Positions 1-12,480 of a DNA stretch of 64,000 nt are shown here, piece by piece (positions within the stretch are counted from its first letter, which is position 1; every line of letters starts with the position of its first letter). Source of the DNA: Hemiscyllium ocellatum (taxonomy: Eukaryota); assembly GCF_020745735.1 (NCBI RefSeq), contig NC_083409.1, positions 14,192,760 to 14,256,759 of the forward strand, given 5' to 3'. Below the pieces are notes generated by a model, which saw only the letters and a list, made by a program, of their open reading frames with translations, did not search any database and was not told the DNA's origin. Position numbers and translations under genes: made by a program.

Positions 1-69
1 GTGAGCCTGGTCTCAGTGGGGAGCACTGTCCCCTCACACTTACAATGTTGCAGAATGGGTGGATGAGCC

Positions 70-205
70 ATTGGGAAATGCAGGGTTACAGGGATAGTGC
101 ATTGGTTTGGATCTGGGTGGGATGCTCTTCGGAGGATTGGTGTGAGCGTATTGGGGTGAATGGCCTGCTTCGACATTGTACAGATTCCATCATTACATGA
201 TTCTA
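70..205 (+). mobile_element. 3' part of HE1-like SINE / CR1-type tail
   Basis: ggaaatgcagggttacagggatag...ggtgggatgctcttcggagg...aatggcctgcttc resembles the 3' half of the full SINE copies in this window (e.g. 19952-20274). Confidence 0.6.
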
Positions 206-240
206 TCACTGAAGCAAATTATTCAGGCTGAGAGTGCCCC

Positions 241-405
241 ACTGAGGGAGTGCAGCACTGTCAGAAGGACAATACTGAGGGAATGCCACACTATTGGAGG
301 GTCAGTACTGATGGAGTGTTGCACTAATGATGGGTCAGTACTGAGACAGTGCCACACTGTCAGAGGGTTCTTACTGAGGGAATGCCGCTCTGTCAGAAAG
401 TCAGT
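241..405. repeat. Degenerate 33-bp tandem repeat, about 5 units (CAGTACTGAGGGAGTGCNGCACTGTCAGAGGGT-like)
   Basis: ACTGAGGGA-like motif recurs at 241, 274, 307, 340 and 373. Confidence 0.8.
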
Positions 406-567
406 CTCTCCTCCATGTTGAAGAGCACTTAGCGGAAGCTCTGAGGGTGGTGAGGGCACAGAATGTACTCTGGGTGGGGGGCTTGAATGCCCACAATCAA
501 AAAGGAATTTAAAAATACATCGGGTTTGTTAGGTGTATGATACAAATATTCAAACTGATACTTCTGC

Positions 568-870
568 CAGTCCAACTCTCACTTCTCCTGTGCCCTCACC
601 CACGTGATCCTCCTCTCTCCCCTCAGCAAGAGCATCAGGAGATCAGAATGTGTGTAGAGTGTTTGAGACAGTCCACAGAGGAGACGCAACTTTAAATAGA
701 ACAGGGCTGAGCTGGCAGGACAAAGGTCATTGTCAGCACTGAATTTCAATTCTCTTCCTTCTCAGGACTGGCTCAGAGACACTTCTGAGGTTTGGTTGTT
801 AAAGCAGGTCATTGGGATAGCAGCAAGAGAGCTTTACACTGTGTCAAACCTCATCCTTCCTCCTTTGTGT
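568..870 (+). pseudogene. IGKC: 5'-truncated Ig kappa C-exon remnant (QSNSHFSCALTHVILLSPLSKSIRRSECV*, stop 655-657) plus 3'UTR, inverted relative to the intact gene
   Basis: Reverse-complement homologous to about 13150-13435 (C-terminal C exon and 3'UTR). No first-half C sequence upstream of about 566. Confidence 0.9.
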
Positions 871-2039
871 TTTAACCCTGAGCTCTCGATGTTGCTGGGA
901 AATTTGAGAAGCAGATTTACTCACTTGCTCATTCACTCCCTTCTCAGCCTCTCTTTATCTCCTGAAACTCCACACAACACCAATCTGCTGGGTCAGGAGC
1001 AAGGCTCTCAGCTCAATGAATAAAGGAACCTTTTCTAGCACCAAGCTGGTGACAGTCAGCTGGAGAATAATGTTCCATTGCACATACCTTCTTCAAAAAT
1101 CAAGGTGCCCAGCTACTTTGTACATCCACGTTCACTCCTGAAGGGATCAGACAGACAGGAAGAGTCGGCGCAGCCATTGTGCAGCATCCAGGGTCGAATT
1201 GCTCCATTTCCAAATCCATTGTAATATCATTGTCTACCCAACACCAAGCAGGTGCTCCCATCACAAGAGGCTCCATGGCTCTGACGACTGTGGGAGTGAG
1301 CCCTGTCCATTCAGCTCGATCATCAAGCTCCAGCCTTCCTGATGTGGTGGCAGCCAGGAGAACCCTGCCCATAGGAGATTCCACACACACTCCCTCCCTC
1401 CCTGCAGGGAAAGATGATTCAATTACCCTGCTTTCTCTCCAAACTGATCTGAATTTGAGTGTTGCTGAAAAAAGGCACATTTTGTCAAAGATTCTGTCTT
1501 GCACACATCAGGACAATTTGCAAGAAATAGCACAGCAAAGGCAAATACCATGTAGACTGAAGATCCCAGCGGGTCATGCAGCATCCATGGAGAGAAAGCA
1601 AGGAAAAATGAAACGTTTTCACAAGAAGGGTTTTGTCTCACTCAAGTACTATATTCTCAAATGACTATTTGATCCTGATTTCCTCTTTTGCTTCAGACCT
1701 GTTGAAATTCTAAAAAGTAATTCTGTCTTTTTTTAAATGGAGCACTCTGTTTATCATCATTCATCGTTAAGTTCCAATAACTGCATCAAAATATTTTTCC
1801 TGATCTCTTTTCTGTACCTGGTATATGACTGTAGAATATGTCACTTTGCCTTTCAGTTTGTCTGCACTGATGGTAAATCTACATTTACTGTGTTTCTTTG
1901 TTTATGAATTTTTGAACATCAGAATACCCTCCCTCCACTGTCGAGATCCTGTTCTAGCCTTCATACAATTATAAAATCGAGGAATTCTTTCCGTGTGGAA
2001 GGAGGCCACTCAAGTACACCTCGACACTTTGAAGACCAT

Positions 2040-2165
2040 TCCACCCAGACCCACACATCCCCTACGCTATCCCTGTAACCCTGCATTTTCCATTTGCTAA
2101 CCTGCACATCCCATGGACATAATGAGTAATTTAGCACAGCCAACCACCTAACCTGCACATCTTCT
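2040..2165 (-). mobile_element. HE1-like SINE fragment
   Basis: ccacccagaccc...ccctgtaaccctgcattt...aatttagcacagccaaccacctaacctgcacatctt resembles the minus-strand SINE copies at 16920 and 18021. Confidence 0.6.
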
Positions 2166-3989
2166 CTCAGTTTTGCAAACGAAATATCAGGTTCGATGTT
2201 TACGCTTTGACCCAGATTTAATACAGTTGGAAACATGACTCCAGGCACATTTAATCACTCCAGTAGCCGATTTCAATATCCCCAATGGCAGCTAAAATTT
2301 CTCCCAATGAATATCAGGACAGAAGTAGTGAACTGGAATTCTCAGCCACCATCAGACGATATCAACTAGACTGAGGAACCAATTGACCCCTAAATTCCTG
2401 AATCTATCCTGATTTAATGGCAGCTCATGGATTAAATCAGCTTGGCTTTCCGACAATGTGTCCATTGAGCTTCAGATGATGTCCTCATGTTAAACCGCCA
2501 CCTCTCCCATGACCCACACCTGCCTTTAGTTGCATTTAGTCTGGGCTTCCATAATAAGCCAAGGTCTCCAGTGAGAGCCTTGTCTCCAACTAGCATTGCT
2601 CTCCTCGCTTCCAACTGGGGACCTTCCCAGGAACCAAAAGGAGCTCCCCAGCAGTTCGGTCACTGATGGGTGAGATCGTTGTTGACCCACCTTAGAGTGG
2701 ACTGAATCCAAACCTTTCTGACTCCATGGAAGGAGTTCTATAAACTTAGCCAAGGCTGAAACTTCTTTTAAAAAATCATATAATCAGTCAATAATTAGCA
2801 CTGCCTTTGAGTGAGGTCAGAGTTTTGAGGTTTAAACGTCTTCTTTTGGAATGCAATAAAGCGTTACCATGGAGAATGTTGCTGCTGGACAAGAACAGCC
2901 AACTCTACCCAAAAAGTCACCGCAATAATTAATCCATCACCATCCAGTTGAATGCTTTCTAGCATTACTTTTCCTTTATTATTCCTCTTTTTCAGGTTAT
3001 TAACACCTTTTAAAATAGTACACACATGGGAACACTGCCAGCTGTAAGATTTTCCCCAAACCTGACTTAGAAATATATCCCTGTTCCTTCACTGACATTG
3101 GGTTAAAATCAGGGCATTCTCTCCCTCAGGGCATTCTGGGTCTACCTACAGCACATGGCTGCAGCGGGTTCAGGAAGGCAGCAGTTCTCCATGCTGCAAT
3201 GTTGTTTATGATATAAACGGCCCTTCAAGTTTCATCGTTCTCAGAGGCGTTACAACCGAGAAAACCCCTTCCATCTCTCAGCAGAGATTTCAATTATTCC
3301 CATTTCCCTGCTTCTCTTAATGAGTGACTGTGTTTCTGGTGTATTCAACAAGATCTGACACTTGCCTGCCTAATGCTCTTACACCCACTGATGCCTGTTG
3401 AGTTCCCTTGGATAAATTACTGTTCTCTGCAGTTTGATAGCCGTTTGTTCTGTCTTTGAGTGTAATTCATTTTGTGCCTGATCCCAGTGTCAATCCGAAG
3501 GACACTCCACGTTTCAGTCTGACAAACCAGGGTCACCCGTGTCATGGCCCTACTTTTAGCCTAGCCTACAGTCTCTCAAAGAGATGAATTCAAGCCTCAC
3601 CAGTTTGATGATTTGAAGTATATCTCATTTATTTTGATTTCTCCTGGGATGGGCGGGCACAAAAGTGGCTGCTATTCGTTGCCCTTTCCGAATGGTCCTG
3701 GAGAGGACGGTGGTGAGCCATATAATATCTGGGAAGGAAGGTGCTGGGATCTGAACAAAAAAAAACCCATGAAACTCAATGTCATGTTCATGAATGTAGT
3801 TTGGACAACGGAACCCAGTCATCACCCGGTCTGTGACTCCAGTCCCACACAGAGACGTGATTCATTCTTAACGGCCCCATGATCTGGCTCAGAACTCAGT
3901 CCGAGCAACTAGAGATGGGCAATACATTTTAGGTTTGATTTAAAATAGTTTATAAAATTGCTTATTTTAAAAAAAATACTTAAAATAGT

Positions 3990-4570
3990 TAAATAAATGT
4001 TAACCTGAGTGCACAAGGCATAATTTCAAAATTTGCTGATGGTATGAAACTTGGATGTATTACAGCTGCTGAAGAAGATAGCTTCGAACTTCGAAGAGCA
4101 TGTTGGTAAGTTAATGGAATGAGCAGATGGCTGTAGAAACAATTTAATGGAAAGAGATGTCACTGAATCATTTTGGAAGGAAAACTTGGAGAGACCAACA
4201 AACTAAAGGGTACAAGTATGGGTGGGTGGAGGGGCAGTATGACCTGGATGCAATTGTGCATCAGTCACTGAAGGTAGCAGGATAGGCAACTGTTCTCATG
4301 AGAGAGCAGCTGATTATAGCAGATGCCATATCAATGGCGTGAATATGAAAAGAATGCTTCCTTTACAGGGAGAATATAAAACTAAAATAAGTTCCCTCAT
4401 TTAAGACCGAGAAAAGCAGGGTTTTTTTCTTCTAGCATAAGGTCATAGGTCTTTGGAACTCTTTTTCAAACATAGAAATGAAACCTCTGAATCCTTGTAG
4501 TGAAGAAGTAGATAGCCATTGCTTATCAAGAATCTATCAGAGTAAGGCAAGAATGTTGAATAATCAGGTC
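3990..4570 (+). mobile_element. Decayed CR1 LINE, RT/3' region
   Basis: SKFADxMKLG motif (tcaaaatttgctgatggtatgaaacttgg) and CR1 3' motifs (aggtcataggtctttggaactc, tcagccatg). Confidence 0.7.
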
Positions 4571-4777
4571 AGCCATGGGGAACAGGTTCAAGAGGATAAA
4601 TCTCCTTCATCTGCCCCTAATTCGTTTGATCGTGTGGCCAGTTCCACCGTTGAAAGAACAGCGCCTTGAAAGCTTGTGGTTTTCAATAAAGCAGCTGAAG
4701 TGGCTGCTGGTTTGTGTGGGCGCGAATGGAAGGGGACTTTACCCATAATCCTCAGCAGCCGTGCAAGCGCTCTCTCG

Positions 4778-4791
4778 CCACTAGAGGGCAG
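4778..4791 (+). promoter_or_regulatory. Consensus CTCF-binding motif CCACTAGAGGGCAG
   Basis: Exact fit to CCASYAGRKGGCRS, in a locally CpG-retaining, non-repeat context. Confidence 0.7.
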
Positions 4792-7229
4792 CTGCTTCAC
4801 TGTCCCTGATCAGTGAAACGTAAAATGGGACTCTGCTTGGAGCTAACAGGCTCAATCTGCAGAGTCCCATAGATAAAGTGTACAGCTTTAGAAGCACCTC
4901 AATGAAAATGTCCCGTGCTATAAAGAAAAGTAATTTGATGTGACTTTTGTTTGTCTTCACAGTGTGCTGTTTTGTTCATTCTGTGATGATGTCTGTACTG
5001 AGTGACACAAAGTATATGTCCTCCTCTAACCCCTTTCCAAAACACCCTCTCCATTTTGCTTTACTCCTTATTGACTCTTCTACAATTGCCCCTGTTCCCT
5101 CACTCCGTCCGGGTCCCAGAGAGATTGATGGCCGGAGTTCATGACCCCGCACTGTGTGAAGGTTGGTGTGAAGTGAGGCCAGTGTGTTGGAGCTTGGGCT
5201 CCTGCCTCAGGCCCAGGTGTAGGGGCCTGTTCAACAATCTGCACATTATCCTTTTCTCTCTCTAACCATACTGGAATTTTCAATTTGCAGTAACTTGCTG
5301 GCAACAAGGTGTCTGGTCTAAAATATTCCTAGCTCTGGATAGATCTCTGCTGTTGATTTTTTTTTTCTCTCTCAGGAACCTGCTCTGTACTCAGTGCCTG
5401 TTATCATTACTTTGTTGGAGTTCATATGTCAGCTGCTGCTTCCTTGCTATGGTACTGAAAAAAAAATCATCAATGCCTCTTGAGATTTAAAATACTCTGT
5501 CTTCATGAAAGTGGTTGGCAGACTTTTTAACATCATTTAACATTCCAATGATGTGAATGCGTCAGTGTTGCATCTGGCTGGGAGCATTTAATATCATGGC
5601 CTTAGTTTTTAATGGATCCTGACTCGTGGTAATACAGTTTGCAATGGTTCTCTCCCCTTTCGTGTATTAAGAAGCTTGCAAACGTGTAATGATGACGACA
5701 GTGCAACTTCAACACTGTGTGACGGAATGGGTGGCTGTTTGAATTCTCATCTCATTATCATACAACTTTCAAAGAAAATGCTGTAGTCTCTGAAATTAGA
5801 CTGTACTCAGGTTTTATGCATATTGTGTTTGTATTTTACTTTTGGAATGCCAATTTGTCATAAAAATATTCTGTTCTGTTTTGTAGCTCAGTAGTTGTGT
5901 TTGCTCCCTGAGATACTGATAGTTTATACAACACTCCGTTTGCCTTTGATCCAATTGTTGGCTGAAGCCTCTGGTTGTTCGGTGAGTCCAAGCCATTGTC
6001 TTGCTCTCTGCAGTTATAGAATCAATTTGGTTTCTCAGTGTGAGACAGGAGACCATTGCGTGGTAACTTCCTGTTCCACTGTCGGTGTTTAAAGCAAATG
6101 GGAACTGTCGAGGTTAATCCCATCATGAACATCAGAACATTGTGGAACTACCTCCACTGACTCATTTCTTTGTCCACCATTGCAGTAAAAGCAAATCTCT
6201 CATTTGCCAGCACAAAGAGAAAGTGCCCATCAGACTCCCTGGTGTGTGATGGTTTAGCTCAATAGGAGCAGCACTGGTAGATCATGCTGCATCAGCCTGG
6301 ACAGAATCCTGGGCAACCTCCAAATGAAACCATGACCTTCAGTAGATCTGCTGCTACACAAAATATGGAATTGGAATCCTTGTTCCCGAACCACCTCGAT
6401 GTTAGGATGTTTGGAAATACAATTGAGAAAATAAAAACCAAACCCATTTCCCCAGGGCATATGTCACAACAAGAAAGTGGGGAGCAGACAGTTAATGTTC
6501 GCCTGTCTCTGGGGAACGTCGCTTTTCCTGTCTCCGCTCTCCTTGCAGGATATAATTTTTGCCACCCTTTCTGTCTGAGAATACTACTGTTCCTGTCCCC
6601 ACTCTCTTGGGGACAGGTTGGGGATGTCACAACCAACCAGTTTGTTAGTTCCATTTACTCTCATGAAATGTGTAATCCCTGCTTCACTATGTGTGTGAGC
6701 CATGGGAGAAAGCCCAGCACAGCTAACCCTTCACTTCAATCAGATCACAGGGTCCGAGGTTGGTCTGTACTGTCTGGACCCAGACAAAAACACTGACTGA
6801 CTGGATCACGATCAAGATAACCCAGATCAAGTCCCAGTGAGACTGCTGTTGACCTTCACCCTCAAAGCCCACTGAGGAGGTGGTTATTAATCCCAGTGTT
6901 GTCATAGATTAAACTCTCCCAGAGATTCATGATTCATTCTAGATTTAGTGCAAGTGTGTGATGTTGTCAGGTGACAGCTGGGAAGACATGGAGATAAAAT
7001 ATAAAAGGAGACAGAATTATATTTATGCTATACGTTTCTTGAACTTAGGATGTTTGGAAATGTTTCACAGCCAATGGAATACTTCCAAAAACCAGACATT
7101 GTTTTGATGTGGGAACTGTGACTGCCTGGGCAAGGCAGATCTTTTCACAGCACCACCCAGAGACTGGAGGCTGCTACTGCAGGCAGGCTCCAACCAGCTC
7201 TGCTGTGAGGGAAGGACACTGGTACACAC

Positions 7230-7570
7230 AAGGACATGAGAAATAGGAACAGGAGGAAGCCTCCAATAGCTGTCCATCCTTTCTTAAATACAGGGACCAA
7301 AATTGCAAACAATACTCCAAATCCAGGCTCACTAACACCCTCGATAGTTTTAACAAGATTTCTCTACTTTTAAATTCCAACCCCCAGCAATAAAGGTGAA
7401 AATTCCATTCACCTTCTCGATTACTTGCTGCTCCTGCACTAACTGTCTGTGTTTCATGCACAATACTACCCAGATCACTCTGTACTGCACTTTGTTGGAA
7501 TCTCTCACTACTTAAATAATAGTCGGCCTTTAGATTATTCTGACCCAACTGCATGGTCTCACACTTTTTG
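7230..7570 (-). mobile_element. CR1 LINE RT C-terminal fragment
   Basis: Minus-strand ORF 7174-7584: MEFNVKKCETMQLG...LEYCLQFWSLYLRKD. Confidence 0.85.
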
Positions 7571-7689
7571 ACATTAAATTCCATCCACTGTGTATTAGTG
7601 TTTCATTTCCAGTTTGGTCTTCTCTTTGTTATTGACTGTCTCAATGCATCTGTCTGTAGCACGTCCCATTCCCATTTGTTGATGGCCCT

Positions 7690-10440
7690 GACCCTTGATT
7701 GTCTAACCCTTTTCTGGTTCCATTCAGTGACAGGCAGGAGGCTGGAAGAACACAGCAAGGCAGGCAGCATCAGGTGGTGGAGAAGTTGATGTTTTGGGTG
7801 TAATCCTTCTTCAGGAATGGGGTTAGGTGTAGAGGAAGCAGATAAAGGGGGTAGTGGGGACAGGATGATTAAGTGAGGATAGGTGAAGACAGGTAGATGA
7901 TACAACTTGGTTGGTCAATGGGAGGAATGAATCCGGTAGGTGGCAGGCAGGAGTGGAAGGGAGGGAGAGGGGCTGGGAAGGGAATCGGGGGAAGGGAAGA
8001 GTGGTTATTTGAAATTGGAGAACTTAATGTTGAGTCATCTGGGCTGTAGGCTGCCCAGATGGAAGGTGAAGTATTGTTCCACCAATTTGTGGTTTGGTTC
8101 ATTGTGGCAATGGAGGAGGCTGATGATGGTCATATCGGAAAGGGATTGGGAAGGGGAATTGAAATGGACTGTGACTGAAAGGCTGATCGGACCTTGCAGG
8201 CCTGGCTGAGATGCTCGGTGAAACGTTCCCTAAGATTATATTTGGTCTTCACAATGTAGAGAAGACCACATCACGGGCACCTGATGCAGTAAACTAGGTT
8301 GGAGGAGAGGCAATGTGTCACCTGGAAGGACTGTTTGGGGCCCTGGATGGAGGGGACGGATTGGTGTACCAGCAGGCTTTGCATCTTTTGGTGTTGCAAA
8401 AGAAGGTTCCTGGGGGTTCGGGAGGGTAGGTGGACAGATGCCACAAACCAAGAATTGTCAGAGGGAACAGTCCTTGTGGAAGGCAGCCAGGGGTGGGGAG
8501 AGGAAAATGTTCTTGGTGGTTAGTCTAGTTGGAGTTGGTGGAAGTGTTTAAGGATGATGCGTTAATTGGTACAGGGATTGGTAATAGTTGAGGACAATGG
8601 TGAGTCTGACTTCATTGTGTTTGGAGAGGGGTCGGTTTAGAGCAATGGAACGGGAAATGGAGGTAGTGCAGTGGATGACAGAAGGATGACAGAAGGAGGA
8701 AAAGCATGTTGTTCATAAGAGGTGGACATCTGTGATCAGCGAAATGTCTCCTCATCCGAGCAGATGGAGTGGAGGCAGAGGAATTGGGAGAATGGGATGG
8801 AGTTCTGCAGGAGACTGGTTGGGAGGAGGTGTAGCCCAGGTAGTAATGGGAGTCTGTGGGTGTGTAGTAATTGCCTGTTTGAAGATTATCGCCAGAATTG
8901 GAAATGGAGAGGTGTAGAAAGGGCAGGGAGGTGTCTGAGATGGATGAGGTGATTTTGAGGACAGGGTGGAAGTTATGAAGAAAGTCAGTGAACCGCTCCA
9001 GTTCAGCCTGGATGCAGGATGCTGCACCGATATAGTCACTGATGTAATGGCACAGTGCCTGTATAGTCACTGAAGAGGGACTGGTCGACATTGCTCAAAC
9101 GGGGGCCCATGGCCACCCCATGGACTAGTTTGGCAAGGCGGAGGAATATATTGGTGGAGGGGGACTGCCTGGGTCCGTTGCAAAGGAAAAGGTGTTGGGC
9201 CTGGAGGCCATCCTTGTGAGGTATGGACATGTATAAGGACTGCACATCCATCGTGGAGATAAAGCACTTAGGCCTGGGGAACTGGAGGCTACTGAAGAGG
9301 TGCAGGGCATGGTTGATGTATCAGATGTAGGTGGGCATTGCCTGAACCAAGGAGGAGAGTTGAGGTAGGATGAGAGGAGTTCGGTGGGGCAGGGGCATGC
9401 TGAGATGATGGGTCAACTGGGTAGTTGGGCTTGTGGATTTTGGGGACCAGGGAGAACTGGGCAATGCAGGGCTGAGGGACTATGAGAGACAGTGGAGGGG
9501 AGATCACTGGAGGCAATGAGGTCACTGACAGTGTGAGTGATTTTGGCCTGATGGGTCACAGTGGGGTTATGGGCAAGGAGGAGGTAGGACGTGGTGTCTG
9601 AGAGTTGGGGTTCAGCCTCTGTGACTTTTAGGTCTGTTCTCCAGACTAACACCACCCCACATTTGTCAGTGGGTTTGTTGGTGAAACAGGGGTTGGCACA
9701 TAGAGAGTGGAGTGCTTGATCAGAGGGGGTATGGTTGGAATGGGTGAGGGGAGAAATGGAGGCGGGTGATGGCACATCAACAGTCAGCAATGAAGAGGTC
9801 TCGAGTGTGTACACAGCTAATAGGGGGTGACCAAATGGAGGAGTAAAGTTAGAGATGGGAGAAGGGGTCCTCAGAGGGAGTTTGGAAGTTTTGTTAAAGA
9901 AGAAGACACGGAGGTTGAGGCGGCAGAAGAAGAGCTCCGCATCGTGGTGGGTGTGGGTGTCGTTGAGGTGGGGTTGGGCGGGAATGACTGTGAGCCCTTT
10001 CCTGAGGATGGACCTTTTGGCCTCAGAGAGTTTGAGGTCGGGGCGGTATAGTAAATATGGGGCAAAGCTCAGGGTTGAGGTTTTGGAGGGGGCCCAAGTT
10101 GGCTGAAAGAGGGGAGGGGGAAGTGTGATGGCATGTGGTGGGTGAGGGTTGGTTGTGGTGTAGCACGGGGGAATGGGTGTTGGAGAGAAAGGAGATTGGG
10201 GCAGAGGTGGGCTGTGGAGTGAGGTGGGGGAGTGGGAAAGCGGGGATGAGGTGAAGAGGGAGAAGTGGAGGGAGAGGGTGCACTGTGGGGGTGGATAGGT
10301 GAGGAGGGAGAGCGAGTGTGCTGGCTGGCTGCAGGTAGGCAGTTGGACTCAGGGTGAATCTGGGAAATGCAGTCTGAGTCTTGGTTGCTGAGTGGGAGGG
10401 GCCAGAAGTGGAGGCAGAAGCTGGAGCGAAGTCAAGGCCA
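7690..10440 (-). mobile_element. Decayed Penelope-like retroelement (RT and GIY-YIG relics, pLTR end)
   Basis: Minus-strand relics ...HNFHPVLKITSSISDTSLPFLHLSIS...TDSHYYLGYTSS and ...VMLSLLTVDV; antisense of the GIY-YIG C-terminus in ORF 7940-8209; terminal acagcaaggcaggcagcatc...cccttcttcagga pLTR motif. Confidence 0.8.
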
Positions 10441-10454
10441 GTCTGAGTGTTTTG

Positions 10455-10757
10455 ACCCAGGTTCAATTCCAGCCTCAGGCAAATGTCTGTGTGGAGTGTG
10501 TACATTCTCCAAATGTCTGCATAGATTTCCTCTGGGTGCTCTGGTTTCCTCCCACATTCTAAAGACATGCAGGTTAGGTGAATTGGCTGTTTAATGTTGC
10601 CCATAGTGATCAGGAATGTGTAGGTTAGGTTCATTAGTCAGGGCAAAAGTAGAGTAATCGGATAGGAGATTGGGTCTTGGGTGGGTTACTCTTCCAAGGA
10701 TAAGTGTGGACGTGTTGGTGAAAATGGCCTGTTTCCTCACAGTAGGGATTCTATGAC
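10455..10757 (+). mobile_element. HE1-like tRNA-derived SINE, 5'-truncated
   Basis: B box ggttcaattcc, core ctgtgtggag...ggtttcctccca...caaagacatgcaggttagg, CR1-like tail. Confidence 0.85.
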
Positions 10758-10924
10758 AGGCCATTCCAGATTCCCACCACCCGCTGAGTGAAAACATTCT
10801 TCCCCAAATCTTATTTGTGCTGCCCATGATGAAATATTTCAAACCATTCATTTTGTCTCGTGTCGTTTAGCTCTTGAGCTCCTTGTTCAATAAATGATTT
10901 ATTCTTTTTGATAAAATATGAGTT

Positions 10925-11185
10925 CCCTGACAGGGACAGTTAACTTTGTCCAATCAAGGAGCCCTGGCTGGCAGATAAAAAGAGCAGTGTCTTAATCCCT
11001 GCCCTCCCCTTCACTGTTTGATCACACAGCATTGCCCTTTGATTTGAAGGGCACTGCTTGTCACTGGCCACGCGGATGTTTTCCTGTCTTCCTGGTGGTG
11101 GAAATTGAATAAAGATTCGTGCGCTTTGTGTCTCTCACTGTGTCTCACACCTACACACACACACACCATGGGTGCTGGGGAAAAA
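10925..11185 (+). mobile_element. Solo-LTR-like element
   Basis: CCAAT, TATA-like gataaaaag, short hairpin gccctt...aagggc and AATAAA in LTR-like order. Family not identified. Confidence 0.35.
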
Positions 11186-11934
11186 AAATAAGCTCCCCTG
11201 CATTCGGCGGCAGTGTGGGGGTGAAATAAAACAGGCATGTTAGGGGTTCTGAACATTCTGAGAGCTGGCTCTGAGGGAGCTGGATCAGTGTCAAGGACTC
11301 TCCACGTGTAAGTAAGAAAAAAAGAAGAAAAAAAGAAAAAAGAGGAGTGTCAGAAGGACTGAAACTCTGGTACCTGACTCTGAATAACAACCTGCCAACC
11401 AACCCCCTCCTTCTGTCATCCTCAATCTCCCCATGCTTACTCTTGTTTCACCTTCAATCCAGCCTGTGCTGCCTTTGGGAGAGGTTGGCCTTCCCTCCAT
11501 CACCCAGGAATGTGGTCATTATCCCAGAGCAGTCACACTTTTAACCTGAGGGTCATCACAGCTGTAGCAGGGGGAGAGAAGGTGGCACCTTCATGGTGGT
11601 CATACCTGTCATTAATCCACCGCAACCTCTCTTGGGGCTGCAAGAATTCAACCTCCCTCCCTCAGACAACTCCTCTCCCTGGAAGGTAATATTGCTGCAC
11701 CTAGTTTTGGGTTAATTAACCACTGAAATATGACTATGGGGAGCCAGCATTGGCTGGGCAGGCAGCCACAACTCCTCTGGCCCTGGATTCAAAAAATCTC
11801 CTCGGAATTGATCAACACATTTGGGAGCACAGTGCCCACTGCCTCTGAAATCCCTCCCTTCCTGAGAATACACTCTCAGTATTCACCTTTTACAGCTGCT
11901 ATCTGAATTTGCTATAAATTCTGTGCCCAATGAT

Positions 11935-12040
11935 CCTGCCCTTCCAGCTACCTAATGAAGGGGCAGCACTCCGAATGCTTTTACTTCCAAATAAACCTGT
12001 TGACTATTATCTGGTGTTGTGTGTTTTTTAACTTTGGCCA
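11935..12040 (+). mobile_element. Penelope terminal (pLTR) fragment
   Basis: ctaatgaaggggcagcactccgaa...ttccaaataaacctgttgactat...ggtgttgtg. Confidence 0.6.
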
Positions 12041-12149
12041 TCTGAAAGATCTGCCTCTCAGACTGAATCAGCTAAGCTGTTTTTCATTCATGATTTGAGA
12101 AGATTAAAGCCTAATCTTCAATCCCCAGCACAAAGCCCATTCTCAATCC

Positions 12150-12480
12150 ATCGCTCGGAGACACAGACCTCAGAGACACCTACAGGCACCACAGAGTAAC
12201 ACACTCACACTGAGAGAGACACCTACAGGCAGCACAGAGTAACACACTCACATTGAGAGAGACACCTACAGGCAGCACAGAGTAACACACTCACATTGAG
12301 AGAGACACCTTCAGGCAGCACAGAGTAACACACTCACACTCCATGCTGCGGATCGGTGTCTCACCGAATGTGGGTGTGTTACTGAGCGCTGTCTGTGGTG
12401 TGTCTCTGAGTAACACAGCCACACTCAGAGAGACATCTACAGGCAGTATTGAGTTAAACACTCACACTCAGAGAGGCACA
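12150..12480. repeat. 43-bp minisatellite, 4 near-identical units plus one inverted and one diverged unit
   Basis: ACAGAGTAAC at 12191, 12234, 12277 and 12320; about 12350-12410 is a reverse-complement unit. Confidence 0.9.

Noticed and set aside
556-657. Use of ttctgccag (AG 569-570) as acceptor, making the C remnant a mini-exon
   Set aside because: Entry in the C frame would be phase 0, whereas J-C introns are phase 1; no transcript evidence available.
6746-6792. CACAGGG ... ACAAAAACA as an orphan RSS
   Set aside because: Spacer is 31 nt, and no adjacent V/J-like coding sequence was seen.
6284-6796. 170-aa ORF as a novel gene
   Set aside because: No recognisable domain or splice context; overlapping ORFs on both strands; length expected by chance.
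10023-10634. 203-aa ORF; likewise 26421-27041 (206 aa) and 21270-21935 (221 aa)
   Set aside because: Read-through of SINE/Penelope, CT-rich low-complexity or CR1 ORF1 relic sequence; not host genes.
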